A stretch of DNA of 64,000 nucleotides, from contig OY970218.1 of the NCBI GenBank assembly GCA_963713975.1, positions 1,888,001 through 1,952,000 on the forward strand. The letters run 5' to 3'. Position numbers and translations under genes: made by a program. The notes under the pieces are model-generated. The model saw only the letters and a program-made list of their open reading frames with translations. It was not told where the DNA came from and ran no database searches. Origin of the DNA: an uncultured Chloroflexia bacterium. Its GTDB lineage: Bacteria; Chloroflexota; Limnocylindria; Limnocylindrales; CSP1-4. Numbering within the stretch: position 1 is the first letter of the stretch; every line of letters starts with the position of its first letter. Below are positions 17,570 through 27,262 of the stretch, in pieces.

Positions 17570-19528
17570 CTAGAGGCGGGTGATGCGGACGTTGCCTGAG
17601 AACGTGATGCCCTTGGAGTCGATGATCTCGCAGACGGCAGAGGCGTCCGAGGTGTTGTTGACGATGCGGACGCTGCTGGTGTTCATCACCACGATCCCCA
17701 GTTTGTCACCGGTCGTGTTCTGGATCACCAGCGACGGCTTCATCGTGCCGAGGTAGCCCCAGCCGGCAGAGATCGCATAGCCGTACCCGGCTGCCGCAAT
17801 CTGGGACGGGGACCGGATGTCGACCCCGTCGATGATCGTCCTGCTGCTGCCAGCCTCGGTGGCGTCGTTTGGCTCGATGTCGATGCCGTGGAGACCCGTG
17901 TAGGCGATCTTGCCGCCCCTGATGGTGACCTCGCCACCGACCGGCGCGATGCCGTTGCGGCCGGCCCGCTGGACGTCCGGGTTGTTGATCACGACGCCCG
18001 TCGGCGGCACGGTCCGGCCAGCCTGGTAGCCCGTGAAGATGCCGTCACCTCGCGTGTTGCGCGTGACCGGGTTGTTGAGCGTGATGTTCGAGCCACCCTC
18101 GATGTCGATGCCATGCTCCCACTGGGTCGAGTTGGCGAAGGTGTAGCCCGTGCCATAGACGGTCGGGGAGTTGAGGACGACGTTGCTCGATCCCACGAGC
18201 TTCAGGATGCCGAAGGCACCGACCTGGCTCCCCTGGATTCGTGCCCCACGGAAGTCGACGGTGAGGTTCGAGGCCGTGAAGGAGAGCTGGGTCACCTTGT
18301 AGACGCCGTTGGCTGCGAGGGCGACCTTCTGGCCGTTATGCGACTGGAGGAACGACCGGAGGGCGCTCGTGACATCGGTGGCGCCCGTGGCGTCGCCCGT
18401 GAAGATGGCGGCGTAGGTGCTCGCCGGGGCCAGGGTGGGCGTTGGCGCCGGAGTGGCAGTCGGCGCAGCCGTCGGGGCCGCGGTCGGCTTGGCCGTCGGG
18501 GCCGCTGTCGGCTTGGCCGTCGGGGCCGCGGTCGGCGCAGCCGTTGGTGCAGCGGTCGGCGCAGCCGGCGGAGCGCTCGTGGGCGCAGCCGTGGGTGCAG
18601 CCGTCGGATCCGGCGCCGGTGCGCTGCCATCCGACTCCGTGACCTCGAACACGCGACGCATGAGGTGCTCACCGCCCGGCCCAAAGGTGTTGATCTCGTG
18701 GGGGCCGACCGTCGCGCCGGCCGGAATGGTGACGGTGACCTTGGCGGTGCCATTGGGTGCCGTCTTGTAGGTGGGCATGCCGTCGGCGGAGTCATCGAAC
18801 CTGATCGCGCCGCTGGTGCTCCCCGCGAACCCGGAGAGCGAGAGGACCGTCCTGCTTCCTGCAGGACCGATGTCGGACGACAGGAGCACCTTGGGCGTGC
18901 CCTGCGCGACGTCCTTGACGGGTGCCTTCCTGTCGCTCTGGGTCGCCAGCGATCCGGAGCGGACCACGAAGGCGTCGACGGCCACCGTCGGGTGCGCCGG
19001 CGTTCCGAGGACCCGGATCTTGATGCGGTGCGTGCCGGCCTTTGTCCATGCCATCCGGAACAGGACGCGAGCGGCCTTGAATGACCCGGCGTACGTGTTG
19101 ACCGTCTTGACCAGCTTCCCGTCGATGTACACCTTCGCCTTGCCCCGGGTGGGTCCCATCGGACCGATCCAGGCAATCCCGGAGCCGGTGAAGGTCATGG
19201 CGGCCGTGGACCCGCGCGTCGTGGCGAAGCGGACATGGCCGCCCATGTGGCGGCTTGAATCGGCCCGGCGCCAGCCGCCGGCGTAGCGGATCCTGGCACT
19301 GGCCTCGCTGTAGGTCCTCGTCGTCGAGGACCCGCCCCAGTTGGCGACCAGGCTGCTCGCCGACGCGGTGGCGGCATTCGCGTCGACCACGGGGACGGCC
19401 ACGGCACCAAGGGCAAGGATCATGACCCCCGTCGCCAGCCAGTGCTTGATCCTGCTCCCGGACCGCTGCGGAGTGATTCCTCGGGGCTTGGCGCCTTCAT
19501 CAATCCAGCGCTCGCCATCCCAGAACAT
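17570..19528 (-). CDS. secreted multidomain protein: jelly-roll domain, Ig-like domain, PTAA linker, beta-helix domain
   Basis: ATG 19528 preceded by AAAGGGAG. Signal-like segment LATGVMILALGAVAVP, then FTGSGIAWIGPMGPTRGKAKVYIDG. The C-terminal domain is paralogous to 14796-15869. Confidence 0.8.
   Translation of the reverse strand: MFWDGERWIDEGAKPRGITPQRSGSRIKHWLATGVMILALGAVAVPVVDANAATASASSLVANWGGSSTTRTYSEASARIRYAGGWRRADSSRHMGGHVRFATTRGSTAAMTFTGSGIAWIGPMGPTRGKAKVYIDGKLVKTVNTYAGSFKAARVLFRMAWTKAGTHRIKIRVLGTPAHPTVAVDAFVVRSGSLATQSDRKAPVKDVAQGTPKVLLSSDIGPAGSRTVLSLSGFAGSTSGAIRFDDSADGMPTYKTAPNGTAKVTVTIPAGATVGPHEINTFGPGGEHLMRRVFEVTESDGSAPAPDPTAAPTAAPTSAPPAAPTAAPTAAPTAAPTAKPTAAPTAKPTAAPTAAPTATPAPTPTLAPASTYAAIFTGDATGATDVTSALRSFLQSHNGQKVALAANGVYKVTQLSFTASNLTVDFRGARIQGSQVGAFGILKLVGSSNVVLNSPTVYGTGYTFANSTQWEHGIDIEGGSNITLNNPVTRNTRGDGIFTGYQAGRTVPPTGVVINNPDVQRAGRNGIAPVGGEVTIRGGKIAYTGLHGIDIEPNDATEAGSSRTIIDGVDIRSPSQIAAAGYGYAISAGWGYLGTMKPSLVIQNTTGDKLGIVVMNTSSVRIVNNTSDASAVCEIIDSKGITFSGNVRITRL
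18437..18610 (-). repeat. 12-bp-unit tandem repeat encoding a (PTAA/PTAK)n linker
   Basis: Translation PDPTAAPTAAPTSAPPAAPTAAPTAAPTAAPTAKPTAAPTAKPTAAPTAAPTATPAPTP. DNA units such as gccgtcggggcc. Confidence 0.85.
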
Positions 19529-19537
19529 GGTGACTCC

Positions 19538-19612
19538 CTTTCGGCAACCCGGCTGACTCGGAGAGTCCCGTGGCTTTGCGGCCCCGCCTCGCGACGGGTG
19601 TGCCATTTCGTG
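19538..19612 (-). ncRNA. c-di-GMP-I (GEMM-I) riboswitch
   Basis: Minus strand reads AAAU-GGCACA-CCCGUC-GCGA-GGCGGG-GCCGCAAAGCC-ACGG-GACUC-UCC-GAGUC-AGCCGGGUUGCCGAA. This gives a GNRA-capped P2, the CGCAAAGCC junction and the AGC(C)GGGUUGCC 3' motif. It abuts the SD of the 17570-19528 gene. Confidence 0.88.
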
Positions 19613-19812
19613 GGCCGACCGCCAGGGCATGCGGCCAACCAGAGGAGTGTGTCCCGGGCGGTCGGAAACCGCCATGGTGAGATGGTCCGGGCCCGGCGTC
19701 GCATTCCCCGACCGAAGGTCCCGCCCGCGCACCGCCTGTGGGCTGTGCGGTGCGGTCCGGGGAACAACGACCGATCGGATCGCCGTGGATCGCGCGTGTA
19801 GACTACGGCGCG

Positions 19813-20583
19813 ATGTCGAGAACTCCGGGCCAGTGGTGGACGGAGCTCACGGGGGACGGGCGCCCATGGTCGCTCCGTCATCCCGTCGAGCAGGTCCACC
19901 ACATCACGCACCTCCTCCGCGGGCGCCGCTCGGCGAGCCGCGGGAACGCCCTGACCGGCCGGGTGCTCGCGACGTGGGACCAGGCGGCGTTCGTGGAGCG
20001 CTTCCGTTCGTTCTGGGACCCCTTTCCGACGAAGAGGGCGCCGAAGTACCTCGACCTCGAGTACTTCCTGCACGACTCCGCGACGCGCTGCTTCTCCCTC
20101 GGGATGTTCGACGACGGCCGGCCGAAGCGCGTGCTCGACCTGGGCTGCGGTCCCGGCTACTTCCTGAGCCTGTGCAGGGAGCTCGGTCACGAGGTGGTGG
20201 GGATCGACCTTGACGATGAGCCGCTCTACAACGAGCTGATCGAATTTCAGGAGCTGCGACGGATCGTGCACCCGGTGACACCCGCAGCGCCGTTGCCGCC
20301 GCTCGACGAGGCGTTCGACATCGTGTCCGCGTTCGGGGTGACCTTCAACTTCGCGCCCGGTCCTGAGGGACGACCGTGGGCCGCGAGCGACTGGATGCTG
20401 GCGATCGATGGCTTCCTGGGTGTCGTGGCACCCGGTGGCAAGATCGTGATCCACTTCAACCGGGAGCCGCTCACGGGACGCCTGTTCCCGCCCGGCCTGC
20501 GCCGCCGGTTGGGCCGACGCGACGACATCCGCGCCCGGTTCTTCGGCGAGCACCTGGTGATCGAGCGCCTGAACCTGACCTGA
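19813..20583 (+). CDS. class I SAM-dependent methyltransferase
   Basis: RVLDLGCGPGYF, VVGIDLD, FDIVSAF. TAGACT lies 8 nt before ATG 19813. Confidence 0.8.
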   Translation: MSRTPGQWWTELTGDGRPWSLRHPVEQVHHITHLLRGRRSASRGNALTGRVLATWDQAAFVERFRSFWDPFPTKRAPKYLDLEYFLHDSATRCFSLGMFDDGRPKRVLDLGCGPGYFLSLCRELGHEVVGIDLDDEPLYNELIEFQELRRIVHPVTPAAPLPPLDEAFDIVSAFGVTFNFAPGPEGRPWAASDWMLAIDGFLGVVAPGGKIVIHFNREPLTGRLFPPGLRRRLGRRDDIRARFFGEHLVIERLNLT

Positions 20584-20611
20584 TCGCTATCGCGTACTGA
20601 GGGGATACCCG

Positions 20612-21592
20612 ATGCCGGACGAGATCTCGAAGCCGACGTACACGTTCACCGTCTACACGGGCACGAGGAACCGCGCTCGGACCCTCCATCGTCCCTACGA
20701 GAGCCTCAGATCCCAGACGTTCCGGGACTTCGAATGGCTCGTCGTGGACAACGAGTCCACGGACGGCACCGCGGAGATGATCGCGAAGTGGCAGGAGGAG
20801 GCGGACTTCCCGATCCGGTACATCCGTCACGCGAACCGCGGCCATCATGGTTCGTCGAACGTGGCGGTCCGGGAGGCGCGCGGCGAGCTGTTCCTGACGC
20901 TGGATTCCGACGACGGCGCGGTGCCGGAGGCGATGGAGCGGTTCAAGGCGATCTGGGACGCGATCCCGGCCGATCGTCGCCAGCGCTACGCGGGTGTCAC
21001 CGCCCTTGCCGTGGATGAGAACGGGGCGCCGACCGGCGACCAGTACCCGGCTGACATCTTCGATTCGAACGCGACGGAGGTGTACTACCGCTACCGGGTC
21101 CTGGGCGAGAAGTGGGGCTTCGAGCGCACCGACGTCATGCGTGAGTTCCCGTATCCCACTGTGCCCGGCTACACGGGGATGATGTCCAGCCATCTCGTGT
21201 GGGGCGCCATCGGTCGCCGGTACCTCACCCGCTGCGTGAACGAGTACCTCGGCGTCGTGTACTTCGACCAGCCGGACACACTCACGAAAGGGGTCCGTGA
21301 CCTGACCCGGAACGCACTGGGCGAGCGGATGGAGGCCGGCGCGGTCATCAACGACCACCTGCGCTACCTCCAGTACGCGCCTCTGAAGTACTACCTGAAG
21401 GCGGCGAAGTACTCGCGCAGCGGTCTCTGGGCAGGCGAGGGGTTCGCGACCCAGGTGCGCCTGCTCGAGCGGCCGGAGGCGAAGCTGCTGTGGCTCGCGG
21501 CCCTGCCCGTTGGCGTGGCCGTCTACCTGCTTGAGCGCTCGGGCCTGTCGCGCTACATTCCGGGTCGCGACCGCCGCGGCATCGCTCGCTAG
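20612..21592 (+). CDS. family 2 glycosyltransferase
   Basis: FTVYTGTRNRA, FEWLVVDNESTDGT, FLTLDSDD. Confidence 0.9.
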   Translation: MPDEISKPTYTFTVYTGTRNRARTLHRPYESLRSQTFRDFEWLVVDNESTDGTAEMIAKWQEEADFPIRYIRHANRGHHGSSNVAVREARGELFLTLDSDDGAVPEAMERFKAIWDAIPADRRQRYAGVTALAVDENGAPTGDQYPADIFDSNATEVYYRYRVLGEKWGFERTDVMREFPYPTVPGYTGMMSSHLVWGAIGRRYLTRCVNEYLGVVYFDQPDTLTKGVRDLTRNALGERMEAGAVINDHLRYLQYAPLKYYLKAAKYSRSGLWAGEGFATQVRLLERPEAKLLWLAALPVGVAVYLLERSGLSRYIPGRDRRGIAR

Positions 21593-21642
21593 ACGGCCAT
21601 GGCCCCGGCACCCGCGCAGCCTGCCCCGCGAGGCCCGCAGCC

Positions 21643-22254
21643 ATGACGTTCTCGGAATACGCCTACCTCGTCTGGTCCGACCTGTACCGGATCAGGGGCG
21701 ATGTCCTGGTCCTGGCCCTGCTCCATCAGCTCCTGCTTGGGGAGACCTTCAAGTTCACCTTCTGGCTCCGCACCTGCTCGTGGATGCGCACGCATGCTGC
21801 CCTCCGCTTCACGACGCTGCCCTTCGCGGTGTGGATGCTGAACCGGCAGCGCTACAAGCTCCTCATTTCGATCAGCCCCCGCACCGAGATCGGCAGTGGC
21901 CTCTACATCGGCCACTTCTCCGGCATCTTCGTGAATGCCGACTGCCGGATCGGCAAGAACTGCAACCTCTCCCAGGGCGTGACCCTGGGGCCGGCCAATC
22001 GCGGCGAGCGGAAGGGCTGTCCGGTCATCGGCGACAACGTCTACATCGGCCCGGGTGCCAAGATCGTGGGCAAGGTCGTCATCGGCAACAACGTGGCCGT
22101 CGGCGCGAACTGCGTGGTCACCAAGGACGTGCCCGACAATGCCGTGGTCGTCGGGGTGCCCGGGAGGGTGATCTCGTTCAAAGGCTCGGAAGGCTACATC
22201 GACCGCACCGACTACGACACGAGACTGCGCCGTCGGTCCGGCCTCGCGGCCTGA
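21643..22254 (+). CDS. serine O-acetyltransferase-like (CysE/WcaB-type) hexapeptide acetyltransferase
   Basis: IGSGLYIGHFSGIFVN, PVIGDNVYIGPGAKIVG, IGNNVAVGANCVVTKDVP, VVGVPGR. Confidence 0.85.
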   Translation: MTFSEYAYLVWSDLYRIRGDVLVLALLHQLLLGETFKFTFWLRTCSWMRTHAALRFTTLPFAVWMLNRQRYKLLISISPRTEIGSGLYIGHFSGIFVNADCRIGKNCNLSQGVTLGPANRGERKGCPVIGDNVYIGPGAKIVGKVVIGNNVAVGANCVVTKDVPDNAVVVGVPGRVISFKGSEGYIDRTDYDTRLRRRSGLAA

Positions 22255-22318
22255 GCGGGCACGTCGCGCCGGGAGGCAGGGCCACCCGAGGCCGGGCGAC
22301 CCGGTCGAGCTGGCTCCG

Positions 22319-23497
22319 TCAGGCGCGGCGCCCGGCCAGAAGGTCCCAGTAGATCCGCTCCAGGTCGTCCACGAGCCGCTCCACGCCGAACCGCTCGGCC
22401 GACGCCGGGGCGGCCCCTCCCAGTCGCAGGCGCAGCTCCTCATCGTCGACGAGGCGGAGCAGGGCGTCGGTGAATGCGGCCTCGTCGTCCACGGGCGCGA
22501 GCAATCCCGTCCTCTCGTCGGCGACGACATCGGCGACACCACCGACGGCCGTCGCCACGGCCGGCCGGCCGGCTGCGGCCGCCTCGATGATCGCCAGCGG
22601 CGTGCCCTCATTGTCCGAGGAGAGTGCCACGAAGTCCGCTGCCGAGACCCAGGCGGGAATGTCCGACTGCCAGCCGCAGAAGACGACGCTGTCGCCCAGC
22701 CCTGCCTCGGCGGCCTGGGCCTCGGCGGCCTGGCGCTCGGAGCCGTCCCCGATGATGTAGAGGCGTGTCGCCGGCCGCTGCGCGTGCACGGACGCGAAGG
22801 CGCGGATCATGCGATCGACACGCTTGATCGGGACCAGCCGCCCCACGAGCACGATGACGACGCCGTCGGCCGGAATTCCGAGCCGGGTCCGTGCCTCGCT
22901 GCGATCGGTTGCCCGAAAGCGCTCCAGGTCCAGGCCGAGAGGGACCGTCTCGAAGCGGTCCGGCCGGCCGATGCCGCGGGCCAGCAGGTCGGCACGCTGG
23001 AGCGGTGAGATCGCGATGAGGCGCGAGGTCCGCATCGCCAGCAGCCGCTCGGCCATCACGATGCCGGCGGAGACCCGAGGGCTGAAGTAGCCTTCGAAGA
23101 CGTGGCCATGGAACGTGTGGACACAGGGGATGCCGGCGAGATTCGCGACCGCGCGGCCCAGCAGCCCGGCCTTGGAGTGGTGGGTGTGGATGATGTCCGG
23201 CCGGTAGCGCCGGATGACCGCCAGCAGGTCGGCGGCCGCCCGCAGGTCGGCGACGGGGTCGATGGGGCGCGCAAGCGACTCCACCCGTTGCGTCGCTACG
23301 TCGTCCACCGGCAGCTCGATCTCGAGCTCGTCGGGCTGGATACGCCCATGGACCAGGAGCGTGTCCCAGCCGCGCCTGGTCAGAACCTGGTTGGCCAGGG
23401 TGACGTGGGTCGATACCCCGCTCACAGCAACACGGGTGATGACACGCATGACGCGAGGGCGTCTGCCCGGCCGTCTGCGGGTCTCGTCAACGGCCAT
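22319..23497 (-). CDS. family 4 glycosyltransferase
   Basis: PDIIHTHHSKAG, VHTFHGH, GRLVPIKR, SSDNEGTPLAIIEA. Confidence 0.92.
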   Translation of the reverse strand: MAVDETRRRPGRRPRVMRVITRVAVSGVSTHVTLANQVLTRRGWDTLLVHGRIQPDELEIELPVDDVATQRVESLARPIDPVADLRAAADLLAVIRRYRPDIIHTHHSKAGLLGRAVANLAGIPCVHTFHGHVFEGYFSPRVSAGIVMAERLLAMRTSRLIAISPLQRADLLARGIGRPDRFETVPLGLDLERFRATDRSEARTRLGIPADGVVIVLVGRLVPIKRVDRMIRAFASVHAQRPATRLYIIGDGSERQAAEAQAAEAGLGDSVVFCGWQSDIPAWVSAADFVALSSDNEGTPLAIIEAAAAGRPAVATAVGGVADVVADERTGLLAPVDDEAAFTDALLRLVDDEELRLRLGGAAPASAERFGVERLVDDLERIYWDLLAGRRA

Positions 23498-24650
23498 GGC
23501 GCACGCTCATCTCCTCGTACAGGGCCGCCGTCTCCGCGACGAACCGGTCGACCCCGAAGGTCCGTTCCACATGCACCCGTGCGTCATGCCCCAGGCGGCG
23601 GGCGAGATCAGGGTCAGCCAGGAGCCGCGTCAACGCCACTCCGAGCCCATGTGTGTCGCCGCGTGGGACGAGCAGTCCCGTGTGTTCGTGGATCACGATC
23701 TCGACCGTGCCGCCCGCTGCGGTCGCGGCGATCGGGAGGCCCGCGGCGGAGGCCTCGAGCAGGACGTTCGGCAGCCCTTCCGCCTCGGACGCGGAGACGA
23801 CCACGTCGAAGCCGTCGTAGAGCGGCCGAGCGTCGGGGACGGACCCGAGGAACCGGGCCCGTGCGAGACCGGCCACCGTGGCGGCGCGCTCGACGGCGGC
23901 GCGCTCCGGCCCGTCGCCGACGAAGACGAGCCAGGCGTCGGGCAGCAGGTGATCGATCGATGCCATCACGTCCACGACCATGGCCTGGCCCTTGCCCGGC
24001 TTGAACGTGCCCACGCATCCGACCACGGGCCCATCTCCCGTGACGCCCATCGCCGCCCGTGATGCCCGGCGGTGCGTCTCGTCGGCCAGGGGCGGGATCA
24101 CCACGCCGTTGTGGATCACCCTGATCCGCGAGGCGTCGACCCGCTCCCGGCCGGCGGTGTCCGCCGCCACCGCCTGGGAGTTCGCGACGATGACGTCCGC
24201 GGAACGACGGGCGAGCGCATCCACCGCACGCTCGACCGGGCCGAAGCGCGCCTTGAAGCCGCCGAGGCTCCGCCGTCCCGCAATCAGGACCGGCACCCGG
24301 GAGACGGGGCGCGTCAGCGCGGCCAGGCCGTAGCCGAGATACAGCCACGCGTCGACGATGTCGAACCGCTCGCGGCGGCACACGGCGGCGTACGCGGCCG
24401 CGTGCCGAGCCACCCTGGTGGCATACAGCGGCATCGGCAACCCGCCCCGATGGGGGGCGTCGAGCACGTGGATCCTCGCTCCCAGGTCCGCTGCCGTGTG
24501 GGCCATGGGCGTCGTGCCCAGGAGCAGCACGAACGACACCTCGAACCGATCGCGTGGCAGGTGCTCAGCCAGGAGCATCATCTGGCGCTCGGCGCCACCG
24601 GGCAGCAGCGTCGTCGGGTACATCACCTTCAGACGGTGCTCCACGCTCAC
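23487..24650 (-). CDS. family 4 glycosyltransferase
   Basis: GGAERQM, VIVANSQAV, VIHNGV, SEAEGLPNVLLEA. GTGA overlap with the flippase stop. Confidence 0.9.
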   Translation of the reverse strand: MSVEHRLKVMYPTTLLPGGAERQMMLLAEHLPRDRFEVSFVLLLGTTPMAHTAADLGARIHVLDAPHRGGLPMPLYATRVARHAAAYAAVCRRERFDIVDAWLYLGYGLAALTRPVSRVPVLIAGRRSLGGFKARFGPVERAVDALARRSADVIVANSQAVAADTAGRERVDASRIRVIHNGVVIPPLADETHRRASRAAMGVTGDGPVVGCVGTFKPGKGQAMVVDVMASIDHLLPDAWLVFVGDGPERAAVERAATVAGLARARFLGSVPDARPLYDGFDVVVSASEAEGLPNVLLEASAAGLPIAATAAGGTVEIVIHEHTGLLVPRGDTHGLGVALTRLLADPDLARRLGHDARVHVERTFGVDRFVAETAALYEEMSVRHGR

Positions 24651-26302
24651 CGCAGGCCTCCGCGAAGCCGCATGGGGGCCCGGAGCAGCGTCAGGGCGAC
24701 GATCGCCGGCTCCCGGAGTCCGATCAACCGCGAGATAGCGATGTAGCCGACCATTCCGGCCGTGGTCATGACCACGAGCACCGCCAGGCTGACCAGGACC
24801 CCCAGCTCGATCGGGAGATTCCACGCGACCAGGGCGATCGGGACGGCGACGAGGCCGCTCGCCACCAGTGCCTTGGTACACACGACCATCATCCCGCCCA
24901 GGCGGAAGGTCAATTCGATGGTGCCCAGCCGCCACGCCTTGATGAACTCGATGATCCCCATGGTGAGCGAGGTCGACAGGGCCACGCCGGCGACCCCCAC
25001 CAGCAATCCCAGGCTCACGTTGAAGACGAGGTTGAGGACCGCGTTGAGGATGCCCATCGCCAGCAGGAACATGCCCCGCTGGCGGGCGTTGTGGGCACCG
25101 GTGAGCACGGCCTGCATCATGGTGAGCACGAGCAGCGGGGCAAAGCCGACGAGGGCTGCCGAGGTGAGCATGGCGGCGTGCTGGTCGAAGGCTCCCCGGA
25201 CGTACGCGAGGTCGACGATGACCGGCGCCATCGCCGCCGTCGCCACCGACAGGGGTACGAAGATCGCCAGGATGTACCGGAGCGCCCCGGCCGCCGCGTC
25301 GGCGAACGACTGCGAATCGGTGAGCAGCGATGCGCGCACGAGGGCCGGGTAGATGGCCGCGTTCCAGGCGGGAACGATCGCGTTCATCGGGATGCGGATC
25401 ACCCCTTCCGCGTAACGCAGCGCGCTCACGGCGCCCGGCGCGATGAGCGTCGCCACGGCGCGGTCGGTCAGCAGGTTGAACTGCAGGACGGACGCGCTGA
25501 CGGTGAGCGGCGCGGCATGTCCGAGGAACCTGCGGGACTCCGCTCGATCCGCTCGCAGGCCGAGGCGCGGGATGAGCCCGAACCTGGCCCCCGTGACGAC
25601 CAGGACGAGGACGATGACCAGCTGCTGGATCGTCATGCCCCAGGCCAGCGCGGAGAGGTCCATCTGGTCCCAGAGGAGGACCGTGACCACGACCGACGCG
25701 ATGGGTCCGGCCATCCACGCCAGCGCGATGTAGCGCATGCGGTCGTGGATCTGGAAGGTGGCGGCGAGCAGGCTGCCCAGCGCGTAGAGCAGGAGCGTCG
25801 GCGCGAGGATCGGGACATAGCCGATCCCTGCCTCGCGGGCAGCCGGGTCGAGGCCGGGTCCGGCGATGGCCACGGCGACGCCCGCGCCCGCCACCAGCAG
25901 GACGGTCAACGCTGCGCCGATGATGATCGTCCAGGCGATGGTGGCGCCGAGCAGCCGGTCCGCCGGTCCTCGCCCGTCGCGGGCAACCGTGCCCAGGTAG
26001 CTTGGGACGAGCGCCGCCGACGTCCCGCTGGCAAGCAGGCCGGCGAGCATGACCGGCCCGACCGCGGCTACGAGCAGCGCGTCCAGGTCTGGCGAGACCC
26101 CCACCTTGTCCGCGACGAACAGCTCCCGCACGAGCGTGAAGACCTGGCCGGCCAGCCCGGCGACGGTCAGGAGGACGGCGGCCCTTGCTGCACCACGCAG
26201 GACGGACGACGATCCGTCATCGCCGGGCGACCCACCGTCCGGTGGCGCGGCGGGGACCTCCAGGGGCAGGGGCTCCTCGACCCACCCGTCAGCGTCCTGC
26301 AT
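24647..26302 (-). CDS. MurJ/MviN-like lipid-linked oligosaccharide flippase
   Basis: Many TM helices. LVRELFVADKVG, SAALVPSY, GAVSALRYA, YVRGAFD and GVAGVALSTS match the MurJ pattern. Confidence 0.8.
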   Translation of the reverse strand: MQDADGWVEEPLPLEVPAAPPDGGSPGDDGSSSVLRGAARAAVLLTVAGLAGQVFTLVRELFVADKVGVSPDLDALLVAAVGPVMLAGLLASGTSAALVPSYLGTVARDGRGPADRLLGATIAWTIIIGAALTVLLVAGAGVAVAIAGPGLDPAAREAGIGYVPILAPTLLLYALGSLLAATFQIHDRMRYIALAWMAGPIASVVVTVLLWDQMDLSALAWGMTIQQLVIVLVLVVTGARFGLIPRLGLRADRAESRRFLGHAAPLTVSASVLQFNLLTDRAVATLIAPGAVSALRYAEGVIRIPMNAIVPAWNAAIYPALVRASLLTDSQSFADAAAGALRYILAIFVPLSVATAAMAPVIVDLAYVRGAFDQHAAMLTSAALVGFAPLLVLTMMQAVLTGAHNARQRGMFLLAMGILNAVLNLVFNVSLGLLVGVAGVALSTSLTMGIIEFIKAWRLGTIELTFRLGGMMVVCTKALVASGLVAVPIALVAWNLPIELGVLVSLAVLVVMTTAGMVGYIAISRLIGLREPAIVALTLLRAPMRLRGGLR

Positions 26303-27260
26303 CCGCCCGCTCGACCGGCTCCTGTGGGCCGGTGGCCTGCCGGTACCAGTCCACCGTGCGGCGCACCCCCTCGTCGAACGTCACCAGCACCTCGTAACCC
26401 AGCTGCTCCCGTGCGACGGTGATGTCGGCCTCCGAGTCGCGGACGTCACCCGCGCGCGTGGGCTCGAACACCGGCGGCAGCATGGTGCCGATGGCCGCCT
26501 CGATCCGGGCGAGGAGATCCAGGAGGTTGAACCGTCCCCCGCACCCGACATTCGCCGTGATGCCCGTGATGCCCGGGACCGTCGCGGCAAGGATGTTGGC
26601 GGCGACGACGTTGTCGACGTAGGTGAAGTCCCTCGACTGCCGGCCGTCGCCGTGCACGACGGGCGGCTCGCCGGCGAGCGCGGCCGTGATGAACTTCGGG
26701 ACGACCGCGGCGTACTGGGAGAGAGGATCCTGGCCGGGTCCGTAAACGTTGAAGTACCGCAACACCACCGTCTGGATCCCGTGGAGCTCGCCCATCGCGT
26801 GGACGTAGTGCTCCGTCGCCAGCTTGCTCACGGCGTACGGGGACCGCGGATCGGGCCGCTGGGTCTCGCGCCGGGGCAGCTCGGGACTGGCCCCATACAC
26901 GGAGGATGAGCCGGCCGCCACCACCCGCCGGACGCCTGCAGCGGCGCAAGCGAGCATCAGCTGGATCGTGCCATCGACATTGACCGAGTTCGACCGCAGC
27001 GGGTCGGCCACCGATCGCGCGACCGAGGGGATCGCTGCCTCGTGGAGCACGACCTCCACCCCGGCGGTCGCCCTGGCGACGGCGTCGGGATCGCGCAGGT
27101 CACCCTCGACGAGCGTGATCCGATCTCCGAACGGCAGGAGCCGGCCCGCCATGCCGGTGCTGTAGTCGTCGAGCACCACGACGTCGTCCCCACGCGCCAG
27201 CAGGGCGCCGACCAGATGATGTCCGATAAACCCCGCGCCACCGGTGACGAGCACTCGCAT
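26289..27260 (-). CDS. NAD-dependent nucleotide-sugar epimerase (WbpP/GalE-like)
   Basis: VTGGAGFIG, HEAAIPSVARSVADP, SSSVYG, PYAVSK, RYFNVYGP. Confidence 0.92.
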   Translation of the reverse strand: MRVLVTGGAGFIGHHLVGALLARGDDVVVLDDYSTGMAGRLLPFGDRITLVEGDLRDPDAVARATAGVEVVLHEAAIPSVARSVADPLRSNSVNVDGTIQLMLACAAAGVRRVVAAGSSSVYGASPELPRRETQRPDPRSPYAVSKLATEHYVHAMGELHGIQTVVLRYFNVYGPGQDPLSQYAAVVPKFITAALAGEPPVVHGDGRQSRDFTYVDNVVAANILAATVPGITGITANVGCGGRFNLLDLLARIEAAIGTMLPPVFEPTRAGDVRDSEADITVAREQLGYEVLVTFDEGVRRTVDWYRQATGPQEPVERADAGR

Positions 27261-27262
27261 GA

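Noticed and set aside
18437-18610. Tandem repeats as a possible CRISPR array
   Set aside because: Degenerate 12-bp in-frame units without spacers; they encode a Pro/Thr/Ala linker. No cas genes.
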